Source: Callorhinchus milii
Taxonomy: Eukaryota
DNA: 64,000 nucleotides
Assembly: GCF_018977255.1 (NCBI RefSeq)
Contig: NW_024704742.1
Location: 107,510,001-107,574,000 of the forward strand
Reading direction: 5' to 3'
Positions 39,480-53,009 of the stretch are shown in pieces. The position numbers and the translations under genes are program-made. A model generated the notes under the pieces. That model ran no database searches, had not been told where the DNA came from, and worked only from the letters and a program-made list of their open reading frames with translations. Numbering within the stretch: position 1 is the first letter of the stretch; each line of letters begins with the position of its first letter.

Positions 39480-39853
39480 TAATCCTGTAGTTTAGTGGTT
39501 ACAGCACTCACCTTGCAAGTGAGAGGACCTCGGTTCGATTCCCGGGCACTTTCTCCACATGCCTCTGTTTATCTAGCAGTACATAGGAATCCAGTTGTTG
39601 GTCGATTGGTGGATCTCTTTCCCGTGGGTAATAATCCCCTTAAAAAAAATTCTGATTTGTGGTCACTCAATCTCCAACTGTTTGTGGAACACTGTTTTGT
39701 GCAATTGGCTGCTCACAAAATATACAGTCAATTCACTTTGCAGTATATTCTGCAAAGTGTATGCAGTATATGAAGTGTTTGAGACATCTCGAAGATGTGA
39801 TAAGGCGCTATATCAAATGCAAGGATTATTATTATATCAAATGCAAGGATTAA
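39480..39853 (+). mobile_element. tRNA/CORE SINE, older long subfamily
   Basis: GGTTCGATTCCC B-box, extra internal block GCCTCTGTTTATCTAGCAGTACATAGGAATCCAGTTGTTGGTCGATTGG and GAGACATCTCGAAGATGTG stem-loop. Confidence 0.85.
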
Positions 39854-40616
39854 TATCTTAAATTTTAAAGCAATTGCTTTAAAGCTAAGACAGAAAATTT
39901 GGGTCTTTGGAAATCTTATCGTATCTTTTCGAACATGCCTATCGATACCTTCCCCTTTCTCCCCTCTTCTCTTTCCCCTCTCCTCTCTCCCTTGCTTGGT
40001 CCCTGTAAAACACATGAATGTATAGCTCACTACTTTAAGGAAGCTACATTACTGTAAGTTGCTGTTGATGAGGATATTGTCAAGGCTAGGTCCCTTCACC
40101 ATTCACCTTTGGACAGTGAGATGCAACATATGGGCTGATTCTACTCCGGTCAAATGAGGCCTTTGATATCTCCACCCCTGATGCTTGAATTGTTTCTTAC
40201 ACAAGCCTTTCAGTTGGACTCTTTGATATCGCAGATACTCAGCTCATATGTGATACTATTAAAAACAAGCGTGAAAATCAATACTGAACCCTTTAAATAT
40301 AAAGGTTGTATTATGTTATAAATAAAATCTTTATATTAATAAATCTGAATTGTTTCCAACTTATTATTTATGTATTTCCTACCTTATCTTTAGTTTTCTC
40401 CTCTCCCATGACATTTCCATTCCTTGACAAAGGAAGTAGGAGAACAAGTAACAGCTCCCAAACTTTTGGCAAAGCTGATATTTTTTATTCACAAAATACA
40501 GAGCCAATCAACTTTACAGTATACCCTGTGAAGCTCTTTGAGACGTCTCGAAGACATGATAAAGCGCTATCTCAAATGCAAAGATTATTATTATTATTAT
40601 TATACTAAACCTGGTA

Positions 40617-40930
40617 ATAGACACATAGAAACAGGAGTAGGCGGTTCAGCCCCTCGAGCCTGTTCCGCCATTCTATAAGATCATGGCTGATCTGTACCTC
40701 AACTCTAATTACCCACCCTTGTCTGTAACCCTTGATACCCTGACCTAACAGATATCTATCCACCTCAATCTTGAAGATGTGAATGGATCCAGGATCCACA
40801 GCCTTTGGGGGGAGAGAGCTCCAGATTTCCACTACTCTTTGGGTGAAAAACTGCCTCCTGATTTCACTCCTAAATGGCCTAGCTCTAATTCTAATTTTAA
40901 GATTATGCGCCCTTATGCTGGATTCCCCCA
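40617..40930 (-). mobile_element. CR1 LINE 3' fragment
   Basis: ORF 40605-40832 (EIWSSLPPKAV..FKIEVDRYL) and 3' UTR GAATGGCGGAACAGGCTCGAGGGGCTGAA. Confidence 0.85.
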
Positions 40931-41589
40931 GAGGATAGCACCTGGGATTTACTCAGACCATCTCGCTGTGCCAGTTTGAAAGATTATCTTTCAACAAGAT
41001 TCCTGATCTTGTGAGAAAACAATCTCACCTTTATCACACATGGAAAGTGTTTCAATAGCTAACATGAAAACAGAACCAATAGAAATTATGAATTTATGGA
41101 ACCAACATTCTAATAGCTTCTCAGAATATTTATGGCCAAGAGGAATTGTCTTTACTGAAGCAGTGCACATTTGTCCAGAATGAGTTTCTCTTGAATATTC
41201 AGTGCACACTCCTCAACTATAATCTCTGCTTCATGCTGATATTGTTTCTTATTCAACGAATGTGAATCTGGTTAATTCCATCTGGTTCAGCAATAATGAT
41301 TATTTAATACTGATTTTCTGTGTAGAAAGGATGCTACAACTATGATTCAAACTACGTTACTAATTTTTTGTTTTTTTATTGTGCATGCACCATTGAAATA
41401 ATCTCTGATAAAGTACATCTCTGTATGTAGTGCTCAGGAAAAAATGTGTAGCAGAAATTGCAGTCCAATCCATTTCTAGTGACATTTTGCAGGATCTATA
41501 AACATGAATGTTACTGATGATAGAGAATGTCATTAAAAAGTTCTGTTGTGCGCTTCAATTATTTCCTGCAGAATAATATCCTGACAAAA

Positions 41590-41970
41590 ATAATAATCCT
41601 TGCATTTGATGCCAATAACATCTCAAAGTTTCTGTGAAGTGCAGCGACTGTGTGTTTGTAAGCAAACATGGCAGCAAATTTGCACATAGAAATGGCTCAT
41701 ATACAACATTGAAGTGTATGATCAATTTATCTGAAGGATTTTGAACAGGGCACACTCATTTTTCGAACATCACCATGGGATCTTTAATGTTCACCTAAAC
41801 AGGCAGACGAGATCTTAATTGAACATTGCATCCGAAGCACAGCACCTCTGATATTGTAGCATTCCCCAGTATTGTATTAGAATGTCGGTCCAAACTCAAA
41901 ATGCCAACATGGGGCTTGAACCCACAATTTCTTGACCCTGAGCCGAAAGTGGTACTGAGCCACGTTGACA
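41590..41970 (-). mobile_element. Old Deu-domain SINE
   Basis: Reverse complement has a GGGTTCAAGCCCCA B-box, the Deu core (GAGGTGCTGTGCTTCGGATG..AAAGATCCCATGG) and the SINE tail. Confidence 0.75.
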
Positions 41971-44465
41971 TGTATTAAAGATTCCTGATTCAAGCAATAT
42001 TCAAATCAAGATAAAAATGTAGTGGTTATGTGTGAAGACGTTATTATATGAACTAAGAAAACTGAAGCAGCCTTTATCTTTTCATTTATAAATACAGATG
42101 TAAAAAGTTCAATTCAGTGAACATTGCACCATATGTTAGGATAATAGCTATGTGGAATTATATTACACATGAAAAGGTTGGGATAACAGCAAAAAATTGT
42201 GGATGTTAAAGCTTGGGTAGTTAATAAATGTCTTTTGATTTCTTGCCTGTGTTCAAAATAAATCTCAAGATATTTTCATACTTATAATATGTAAAATAAA
42301 TAATGCAGTTAAAATATTGAACAATTGTAACTGATTATACAAGTGTTTGACCATATCACAAATGTGCAGAAAGAATTTACCTCCAATCTCAGGTCAGAAC
42401 ATTGAGTACATCTCCTCTTGTTTCTTCTGATCACAGGAGTACATGTTACAATCAGCATGACTGTGTAGCAGCAAGAGTAATGCTTTATCCAACTGATAAA
42501 AGGTTTCAAACTGCTTATTTTTTCCATTCAGAGGATCAGTTATTTTGATACCTCAAAAGTAGAATTCATCGATTCATTACTCCTGTGTTCCAGCATTATT
42601 CCTTTCAGGAGTCTGCTGAAAAAATACACAATCTACCAATAACTCGAAAAGTAGTAATGGGTGTTGGCTGTTGCCTTGCCCAGGCTTTCAGTTCTATAAG
42701 GATCCTCTGCAGCATTGAATTCTGCTGTTTTATTAGGTTAGACAAAAGAGTAAACTGCAGGGGAATAGGAAAAAAAACATAACGGCTCTCTTCAGAGGTA
42801 TGAGGGTAGCTGTAACTTGTAAGCAGACTTGTGAAAGCTATTTGGATTAAAATTAAAAACAATCATTTGAATTCTGCGTGTGCTGTCTCTTCTTTCCTTT
42901 TTCCTCAGAAGTGAGGTAGGTAAGATATCATTCACTATAATATTTTATTTAGAAGCATAAGCCACAGCATAAAATAACTCTCTGACTGAGCTGACCAGAT
43001 TTGTACCATTTCAAGCCAGACTGTGCTATCATTGCAAACTCCAATTTCACAGTAATAAAGAATAGCTGCAGTATTAATTCTAATGTAAGCCTGACATTTA
43101 AAAGCAATTTTGATTAAAATTAAAAACCTTTAATCACTTGAATTCTTCTTGCATTGTCTGTTCTTTCCCTTCGGTCCTTAATTTATAGTTTTAATGTTTC
43201 TGCTTTTGCCATCTAATCTAACCATTCCTTTCTACACTTTTTAAGAATTATATTCAATTACTTTAGCTAGTTTCCTTAATACCTGTCGCAACACAGATTC
43301 AGAGTGTATTGATACATGTTTACTCATTTGTGTCTCATTAAGGTTGATATGTTAAACAGAGGTCCCACCTGCCTGATCAACTGGATGTAAAAGATCCCAA
43401 ACAAATCCTTCCCAGATAAACAAAATGATCATTCACTTCATGGCTGTTTGTGGAATATTGCTGTGTGCATATTGGCTGTCCGCCTGCCCACAAAGTACAG
43501 TCACTGCATTTTACAATATATCCTGTGAAGTACTTTGACTCATCCACCTGATGTGTAAGTGCTATATCAAATGGAAGAATTATTATTTTTAACAATAGAT
43601 TCTTGCAAACACAGAAAAAGATGTTTTAAGCAATGTATTCATGTAGTGCAAGCTCCAACTTATACAGGTATATTAATTTTAGCCTAAGATCTTCACAATA
43701 TTTGCAATTTCTTTCCAGGCAAAACTAATGAATTTGAAGCCAAATTTAGGAAACAAAGATAAAATGTTAATGAGCTATTGGTTTGACGGAGATAACAAAT
43801 TCAAGACAAAATTGCTTAGACTTCCACAGCAGTAATCATTCTCGATGCTATGTTTACCTCTCCAAAATGTCATACCTAATCCATTTTAATGCATATATTA
43901 GTGGAAAATACAGACTTATTATCAGCTCATGCTAGCGAGCTAAATGTGCATTTAGCACTTAAATGCTTGGGCTGAAATTATGGTGAATTTTTTTAGTTCT
44001 GTGACACAGAGCTACACAAAAGATCTAATTGGCAGCCTTGACATACTTTATGCACCATTACTTTACAAATTCCAGCGTGAAACAATGAATTAATCTTGGC
44101 TTATGGGATTATTTCTCAGAAAGGTGCACTGAAAAGAAATGGAAATTAGTTAGAAATCAGACTAATCGTCATTGGATTTTAAATCTAATTTAGTGAATTA
44201 CTGCCCTGGAGTCTTAGGAATTAGGAACATAGGAATATAGGAACATGAGTAGGCCATACAGCCCCTCGAGCATGTTCTGCCATTCTATTGGATCATGGCT
44301 GATCTGTACCTCAACTTCTGTACCTAGCTCCATGTACCTGAACCCTAAATCATTTTATTAGGATCAAGCAATAGGAATATTTGTGCTGTATGGGTAGATT
44401 GGTGGGAATGGCTCTAATTCTTCTGATATTAATTGGATAATATTGACGGTTAATTTTAATTCCTT

Positions 44466-44646
44466 AAAACAAAAGCAGAAGTCGCTGGGAACACTCAGCA
44501 CGTCAGGCAGCATCCTGACCCGCATCATGGACCCGAAACATTGGCTCCCTTTCCTTTCTCCATAGATGCTGCCTGACCTGCTGAGTGTTCCTAGCGACTT
44601 CTGTTTTTGTTTTCAGTTTTCCAGCATCTGCAGTATTTTGTGTTTT
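44466..44646. mobile_element. Palindromic Penelope-like (pseudo-LTR) insertion with 17-bp TSD
   Basis: Inverted arms at 44466-44514 and 44565-44613. Flanked by GTTAATTTTAATTCCTT (44449-44465) and GTTAATTTCAATTCCTT (44647-44663). Same family as 57289-57580. Confidence 0.75.
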
Positions 44647-44709
44647 GTTAATTTCAATTCCTTTTTCAGTTTCATTTTTTCGATTACAAAAATAGCTGAT
44701 ATCTGGATC

Positions 44710-45130
44710 ACAACATTACACTAGTTCTGGCCAGGCTCCACTGGCTGAACGGATCGATTTCAAGATCCTCACGTTCATTTTTAAATCCCTTCATGCCCTG
44801 GCACCTCCCTACCTCTCCAATCTGCTTAACCCCCAGCCCACAGCCCGCTGCCTCGGTTTGACTGTCCGGGTTCTGCATGTCCCTCATGCCCTCCATTCCA
44901 CCATTGGTTTGCTGAGCTTTTAGCCACTATGCCCCGAAACTCTGTAATACTCTTCCTCTATCCCTCTGCCTTATCCCTTCCTTCTCCATTTTCAGGTCTT
45001 ATCTGAAGACCTTCCTCTTCGACCATGCCTACCGCCACCTCCCCCCAGCTCGGAGACGTGCTCCGGCATTGTCAAGCCTCTAGGACGCTACCCTGGGTGA
45101 GAGCCGCTATACAAATGCAAATTGTTGTTT
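44710..45130 (+). mobile_element. L2 LINE 3' fragment (second family)
   Basis: ITLVLARLHWL..FKILTFIFKSLH..LKTFLFD remnants and GGACGCTACCCTGGGTGAG terminus with a TTG tail. Confidence 0.8.
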
Positions 45131-45790
45131 TTGGGTGTCAGTTTGCCATGAATATCACTTCAAGATCAATACACAGCATAGGAAGTGAGGCTAGAGCTGT
45201 CTTCTGTGTATTTTTCTGTAGTGGGTAAAAGGTGGCGACTAATTTTGCAGTCAAAAATATGATAAAAATAGGTGAAAAATCAATGTTCATCAATAAAACA
45301 TATTTTGTTTTGGATGGTGGAACACCGCAAAAAGAGGATAAATACTGATATTTCCGATCATTTCCAGTTCATGGAACCAGTGAGAAATCTCAGTATTTTG
45401 CTTGGCCCTCAACTCTCCTTTAAACATTTCATTAGACATTCACCTGACTAAATCCTCTTTCCTCCACCTCTGCAATATTGGCCACCGCCATCTTTGCCTC
45501 ATTCCTAACACAAGCAAACCCCTCATTCACACCTTTGTCAATTTCAGATTTGATTTCTTTAATGTCCTCCTCTTTGGCTTTCCTATTGGAATATCACTTA
45601 ATAATAATAATAATATCAAATGCAAGGATTATTATTAACATCACTTGATCCAAAGATCAAGAGTGTGTTAGTAGCTTCTTTATTTGTCAATCCAAACACT
45701 TCTCAAGCCACCACTCTAAACAATACACTTTTCCCACCCCCAGTGTCCTTTACTACGTCCTGCCTTCTTATTCACCTTTTTGTTAATTGT

Positions 45791-46628
45791 ACTTGATGTA
45801 CGTGCAAATTTTATTAACTCTTTCGTACTAAGTGGCCTCTGCTTCTCTCCTAACCCTGAAGGTTTGAGTCCCTATTTTGAAAGTGACTCAACCAATTCAG
45901 AGTCACGTACAGACAGGTATTCCCAGTTAACCCCAATGCCCGGTAACTGGAATGTCTAATCAGAGGCTGCTCTCACTAACAGACTTCCGACATTGACAAC
46001 TACCCTCCTTTTCTTGTCTGGAATACTACAGAGACTCGAGGATACATTCGGTGGAAGCAACAGCTCTTTATTAAAACCTAGCAACCCTTGGCTATCTTGC
46101 ATACAAGGAACACAACAATGGAAGACATACAACAATGGGATCAAACATAACAATCACACATAACTATAGCAACTGGCTGCACAAAACGACATTAGTAAAT
46201 AAATATTAAACTAACCTGACTGTACAGTAGTCCTGTACACGTCAGTACGTACTGGATGACGACCATTACTTAGCGATCACGAGGGGCGCCGAGCATTGCT
46301 TTATATAGGCGTGTGGCTCTGACCACCGTATGACGCGACTGCGAGGGCTTTAACCTGCGCTAGCGCCCAGGTGTTATTTTGCTCTGTAGACTGCTTGTCA
46401 GTACTTGTTACCTGACTGTCAATCAAGCAGCCCTGGATCTATTACTTTGTTGTAACTGGTGTAGGCTGTTTGCTAACTCTGTGCTGCAAACAGCTACTGC
46501 AACTTGGAATCTTACAGAACCCATTTAAAGGGGCAGACCTCCCCATTTCCCTTAATATTATATAGTTATATATATATATATATTATTTACACATTACAAA
46601 AGACTGCAAGAATAGAGTAACCGTGACA
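45791..46628 (-). mobile_element. LTR-like element, copy 2
   Basis: The minus strand starts TGTCAC and ends ...TACATCA(AGT). TATATAAA at 46300-46307, AATAAA at 46067-46072. Near-identical to 21158-21971. Confidence 0.72.
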
Positions 46629-49600
46629 ATATCCAACACCTATCTCGGTCCTCCACAAGATCCAGATTTTCCTCATTCTCCTCATTCCCATTGGATTGAT
46701 TCAAGATACTCATTTTGATTTTTAACAGTGCAGCGCACCCTAGCACCACACTGGAGTATCAGCCTAGACACAACTTGTGTCACAGTTATTACCATGGTGA
46801 TCAGTGTAATATTGATAATTTTGTTACATGTAAAAAAGCTGTTCCTAAATTCCCTCTAATGATTGCGCATTTACTCTATTAACTCTGATTTTCATTAAGA
46901 GCAAAAAATAGACTGGTAGAGTGCATGTTGAACACACTTATATGCATAAATTTATTAGCTTATGTTAGTCATGCACATCTCTTCATCAGAGCTTAACTGA
47001 TCTCTTTAGTGTAAGAGCCCTGATGCATTCATGCTGTGCTTATTTCAACATAGAAAATCCAAATTTTGGATAATTCAGCTAAAAGAAAAATTATTCCCAA
47101 AGTAACCATATCATTATAAGCAGTAACGTAACGGTCACACTCCCATAAAAGAGAACCTAATCTGGAAGAATGGAAGAAAGTAGTTGGTATTTTCCAATAA
47201 CCCACATACATTGTCTTGTAAGTATCATATGTACTCATATTTTCTTGAAGCGTTCATTTTTCAGTTATCCAGGTATCATGGAGAAGCCCTGGCAATGTAA
47301 AGCGCATCACACTTTTCATTGTTATGCAACTTTTAATCCAATTCATGATTTGTACACTAGGTGAACAACATATCACAGTTTATTTTCCTGTATTATTGCA
47401 TCCACTTTGGAGCCCTCCAACCCACCTTAGCCACAAACACCATTCACAATGCACAACGTCAAACATTTTGTATGCTTTCTTATAAAATTGTGTTGATTTA
47501 CTTATTCCAATGTAGCAGGAAAATATTTCAAATAATGTTTGACTATTATTGCAACAAATAATATTGCAAACAAGAATGAGACAAGCATATTTCGGAACTT
47601 CTATATCTTCCGCTATCACAGTGACTGGCTGCTTTTGATATCATTGCTGAGAAATCACTTGACAGAATATAGAAATTCTTCTGTGTTTTCTTTGTCGTAC
47701 AGAACCAGACATATCAAGATTTCAATCATGACTTTCAAATAACTTTGGTAGAAGGCGTTCAAATCCATTGTACAGTATGTAAGAGAAAGTTACTCATGCA
47801 AGGTTAGATGCAGAGATGTCATTTCAATCAATATCTAAAATGTACTGCAAAGATTCTCTGAGGTCTGTATTTTCTTTGCCGAACCACCAGTGCATGTTCC
47901 ATTATCAGAGAAAAAAATACAGTGCAGCCCTGATATAACCTGCTTTGTCGTAGCACTGATTCATACCATGATTGTAAGAATTATTATTATAATTTGTTTA
48001 TAATCATCATAATGATTCCTACAGTTATGGGATGAATGGCGTCAGCTCTCCAGGACGCTACCCCATGAGAAGGGCGCTATTTTACTGCGAGTTGTTGTTA
48101 TTGTTTAGAATACTAATGGCATTCACCTTGCAACCGTGCAGCCAGCCAGCTTGGTTACTACCTCAGCTAATTAAAAAAAATATACTGACTTGCAGATCAT
48201 TAAGTCTCCACTTCCTGCGTATGGCACATGCACAACGTGAGCACAACTGTAAAGAGGTCTAATCCGTGTGTTTCTTAACGACACAGTTAAAAATACAATA
48301 AAAATTTACATTTATACAGTGCTTTTCATGTCGGGAGGATGTCCCAAGATGCCTGAGGGCACAGTCAATGAATCTTAGGTGGTCTTTGAAGGAGTTGAGG
48401 GAGGATGGGGGTGAGAGGCTAATGGAGTCTAGTGCGGGAAAGGACAAAAGTTGCAGAATTCTGTCTGCAGATTGTAAAGGGAAGATGCAGGTGGAGCAAC
48501 TGTTGGTGTAATATAACCTGGATGTGATAAAAGCATGGTTTAGGATCTCGGTGAACCGAGGACCGAAAGAATGGCAGAGGTATTATGGAGTAATGTGGGT
48601 AATGTTATGGAGATGGAGTAAATCTGAGCAGGTCATTGGATGAATTTGAAGTTTACAGGACAGTTGAGAGTCAATCCAGACATCAAGGTACTGCACAAGA
48701 TCCATAAAATGGAATATTCATCCAAGTAGTTTGATGCTCTCAGCGTCTGTGGTGAGAAGGCCCTGATAGGAAAAAAGCAGGAGAGCTTCCTTGTTGACAT
48801 TCAATTGAATGATTAATGTTGAAAGTTAGAGCTCATTCAAGACTTGATGTCCAGCAGGCAATCAGTCAGGACAACATTGGTCCTGAAATCAAGGGTGGAG
48901 GCAGAGAGATAAAGTTGGGTGTGATCTACAAATTTTTTAATACAAATTGTACACTTAATTTCTCAAGCATCAAATGTTTTGAAGATTGCACTCTTCAGCA
49001 CGTTCAATATTTTAGAAATTCGAAATGTAACATTTGTTAAGAAATCTGTTAATGATTACCACAATTTAGATCCCTTTGAGTGATACTTATGGTCACGGAC
49101 AGTCAGACGGACTGAAATAGCCCTGCGACACTGTTTATACACATTATTATACTTTGTAAAATTTCTTGTGGAAAGTTGCCTGATGATATAAACCCGAGTA
49201 TACACAGCCGGAGCCGTTGGCATAGCAGCAGGGAGAGCCACTCGTAAGTCTTGAGGCTGAAATCACAATGAATCTGAACTGATGGTTTTACAATAAAATC
49301 ACTTGCAGTTTGAAGCCTGCAGTAAACATCTCCTGTTCTTCCTCAAAGGTTTCTGAATTGTGACTGCTCTTTTACTATATAACAGGATACCCATGTCGGC
49401 TTTGGTTTTTCAAATAATCCTGTGAGTCCTGCAGTATTTTACCTGGCACACACTCCTACTAATTACAATACAATTTAAATTTACATGTCTGGAGGACGTC
49501 GTAAAATGCTTAACAATACTGGATGGGCACCCGAGCTGGATGGGAGCCAAGTGGGTGGGTTTTTGGAGGTTTTTTGGTCAGCCGGATCTCTGACACATAC

Positions 49601-50476
49601 AGAAACCCATCACCATGCTTAAGAGTATCCAAACCAAACTGAGAATTCCATGCATCCAAAGATGATCGAAAGTGTGGTCAAAGAGGTATTACTGAAGTTA
49701 CTTATTATTTCATAACTTTGGTACTACTTTGTTTCACCTGTTTTATGGGCACTCACATAAACATGTATCATTGCATTATTTGAGTTCAATGAAATCTGAT
49801 GTAAAGAGGTGAGAAACCCTTAGAGCAACAGCAACAACATAATTACATGTGTAAAGCGCCTTTCACATTGGGAGGACATCCCAAGGTGCTGGACAATCAG
49901 AGTTTCGGACTCGAGCTGGGGGTTGGGATCGGCGAGGGTGGAGGTCAAAAGCATGGTCGAATAGGAGGCTCTTGAGATGGGTCATGAAGGATGCAATGGA
50001 GAGGGCAAGATGGAGTGACTACAGCATGGAGTTCCAAAGGGTGGGGCAGAAGTGGTCGGAGCCCTTTTTCATGTGTAGAGCAGAAATTGATCTTGTTTAG
50101 TACTGTAATAATAATAATAATTCAGTACTATAGTGCTGAAGGGCAGTTTTCTTGATTTTGCAGTAACTGATTTCGACTGCTTAAATGAATAAAAGCAACC
50201 CCACTCTTGTTTTTGCTATGTACATTAACCCCGACGTCCATTGAACCTGATTTGAAATATAAACCAGAATTGATTCCCTTATTGCATTGGTTGAAGCCAT
50301 TTCACTGAACATAGGAAACCAATAATCTAATGAAGCCTTTTCTCACATTATCACGGACACAGATTTCACATGGATTGTATCAATATCTGTCACTTTGTCT
50401 GCATTGCCCATTCCTGCTATTAACTCTAACAAAGTGCATATGAAACTACAATGAATCCTGGTTTGAAGACTTGAAT

Positions 50477-50787
50477 GGGGAAAAATTCTACTGGGTCTAG
50501 ATTTACTCTATTTACTTTATTTGTCTAGCATTTCTAAGTATCCAGAATTTATAGGATTAATTTTGAAGCCAGGGCTAAAATCTACAGAAAATCAACTTCA
50601 AAATTAAGGCTGAATTGAACATTTGCCAAATTCTGTTAACCCTAAAATAATAATAATATTAATAATAATAACCCTTGCGTCACTGAGGCATCCAAGGCAC
50701 TTCACTGGATAGATATATTGTAAAGTGGATTGACTGTATAAAATGCCACATAAATAGATTAAATCTGGATCCAGATGGAATTTCTCC
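50477..50787. mobile_element. Degenerate foldback/MITE-like element with an internal SINE fragment
   Basis: Left arm GGGGAAAAATTCTACTGGGTCTAGATTTACTCTATTTA is an imperfect inverted match to TAAATAGATTAAATCTGGATCCAGATGGAATTTCTCC. A related arm is at ~9066-9160. Confidence 0.55.
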
Positions 50788-52542
50788 AATAAGTTTCCCA
50801 TGGAACAAAGGATATTGCACCTTATTTCACCTTAAGTTGTTTGAAAACAATCTATTCTTTTCGAGATATATAATGTTGTTAAACAAAAACCCTGGATCAT
50901 GGGGCAAATTACATGAATAATTGTTTCAGTGAAGGGCATTTAATAATGTTATAAATGATGCGATTGCCATTTAACTCATACAAGTAATTTATTGCCATTG
51001 GGTGTTTCACTTTTTCACTGCAGTGCCTTCTACAACAATATCACTGAATAATTAAATCTGCAACATCATTGCTGTAAAATGCTAGAAATCTGAAGGGGAT
51101 TACCGCACAGCAGCAACAATAATTTGTGCGTATCTAAGCTATTCACGTAGAGAAACCATCTTAGAGGGAGTTACAAAGACAGAGTGGGAACCTGAGCTGG
51201 AAGGGAGCTGGGGGAAGGAAATGGGGGAAGCGGCTGAAAGCATAGTCAAAGAGATTGGGTTTTTAGAGGGGTTTTCAAACCACAACAGAAGAGAGAGAGG
51301 ATGAAGTGAAGGGATTTTGGAAGTGATTGTGCTGGGAAATAACTGTGAAATAATAATTCTGTAAGCAATTCCAGAAATTCCTTATTAATCAAATATTTAA
51401 GCAAGTTTCATGTTTAATGCTTTATCTGTGAAAAAAAAACTTGTGTCGTTGCAAATTCTAAGCCATATAAAAAATTACCCAGGAAAATTGTCAGCTTTTT
51501 GCATAAGATGAAGATTGCTTTACAGTTACTGTTCCATGCTGTGTAGCAGTAGTTATGCTGCAGTCATTACTGTGAATAGGAATGTTCCCAGCATGTTAGA
51601 TTACTGCAAATTAAAAATAATTTCTGCAGGATAATGTCCCGCAGTAACCAACCGACACACTGTATTGCAGAATTTTAGGCATCAAGCTACACAATGACCA
51701 TATGGTCCAGAGAAACTTTCGAGCCGTGGTTCTATTGCCTTCATAAAAAGGGGGAAAAACATAGATGCTGCTCCTTGTCACAAAGAGGTCTTTTTATTTT
51801 CCATTGAGACAATAATCAAAATGATAGACTTCTTCCCATATCTGATTTGCTTTGCAAATGCAAAATCAAAATTCTGCAGGATAAATAGTGCAATTTGCAT
51901 CATGACGAAAAAGGGAAAAGGCTCACAATTTTACAAAATCACATTTTATTTAACTCTCTGAATCCCGAGCACCAGGAATTCCGACAAGAAGTATCTGCAG
52001 ATGGTGCAAATTACATTTTTGTGGGAATCTGTGATTCTCCTGCAGTCCCATTCATTTCAAACATGCACATTCAGAATAAATGATGTGTATTCTGGAAGGG
52101 TGAGATCAAAAAGGTCAAAGGTTATTTTCATCCAAACCTCCCTTGTGATCTGGTGATGTGCGACCATTGGAGTCAGGAGAACTGCATTATAATGTGTTAT
52201 TGCAGATTTAAACATACAGTATATACAAAATACACACTATAACCACAATATACACAGTGTATACACAATATATACACAATACACAGTCAATCTACTTAAC
52301 AGTATATCCTGTGAAATGCTTTGAGATGTCTCAATGACATGGTAATGCGCTATATAAAAGGCAAGGAATATTATTATCATTATTAATATTATTTACCCAT
52401 CTCCCACAATCTCAGCGTATTTTACCTGTGATCTGCCTTTAATTACTGAAGTCAGAAATGATTACATCATTTAACTTCTATTATTCTTTCAAACCATTGG
52501 TACTACTTTGGATCACCAGTTTTACTAGGCACTTATATAAAT

Positions 52543-52760
52543 ATAATAATAATCCTTGCATTTGATATAGCACTTTTCACGTCTTCTAGCTATCTCAAAG
52601 CGCTTCACAGTATATACTGTAAAGTGAGTTGACTGTATATTTTGTGGGTGAAACGCAGCAGCCAATTGCGCACAGCAGTGAACCACAAACAGTCGTGGAT
52701 TGAGCGATCAAATTATTATTATTATTTTTTTGAGGGATTATTATCCCCGGAAAAACGATC
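52543..52760 (-). mobile_element. 5'-truncated tRNA/CORE SINE (long subfamily)
   Basis: 3' half of the SINE with its tail. Confidence 0.8.
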
Positions 52761-53009
52761 GGGGTGTGGGTGAGGGAGTTGAGCTAGGTGGTTGTTAGAG
52801 GTGTTGGGAGGGTGAGGGGGTGGCAGTGCGAGGGGGGATCTCACCGCTGATTGGGGGGGTTCCTGATCACTTGTGCTCTGACCCGCTGAGCAGCCTAGCT
52901 GGCACTTAGATGATAATGTGTCATTGAATCATTTCAGTTTGATGAAATCTGATGGTAACAGCTGAAAAAACCTTGAGACCAGGAAAATATCTTGGTTTGT
53001 ACGATAGTA

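Noticed and set aside
21158..46628. One giant LTR retrotransposon bounded by the two LTR copies
   Set aside because: There is no gag/pol between them and no outer TSD. Copy 1 has continuous L2 sequence on both flanks, and the interval is full of much older repeats.
49056..49249. Coding exon (ORF 49056-49241 minus, or plus-strand donor GTAAGT at ~49244)
   Set aside because: No recognisable protein in any frame and a weak acceptor. It partly matches 16230-16345, suggesting a non-coding repeat.
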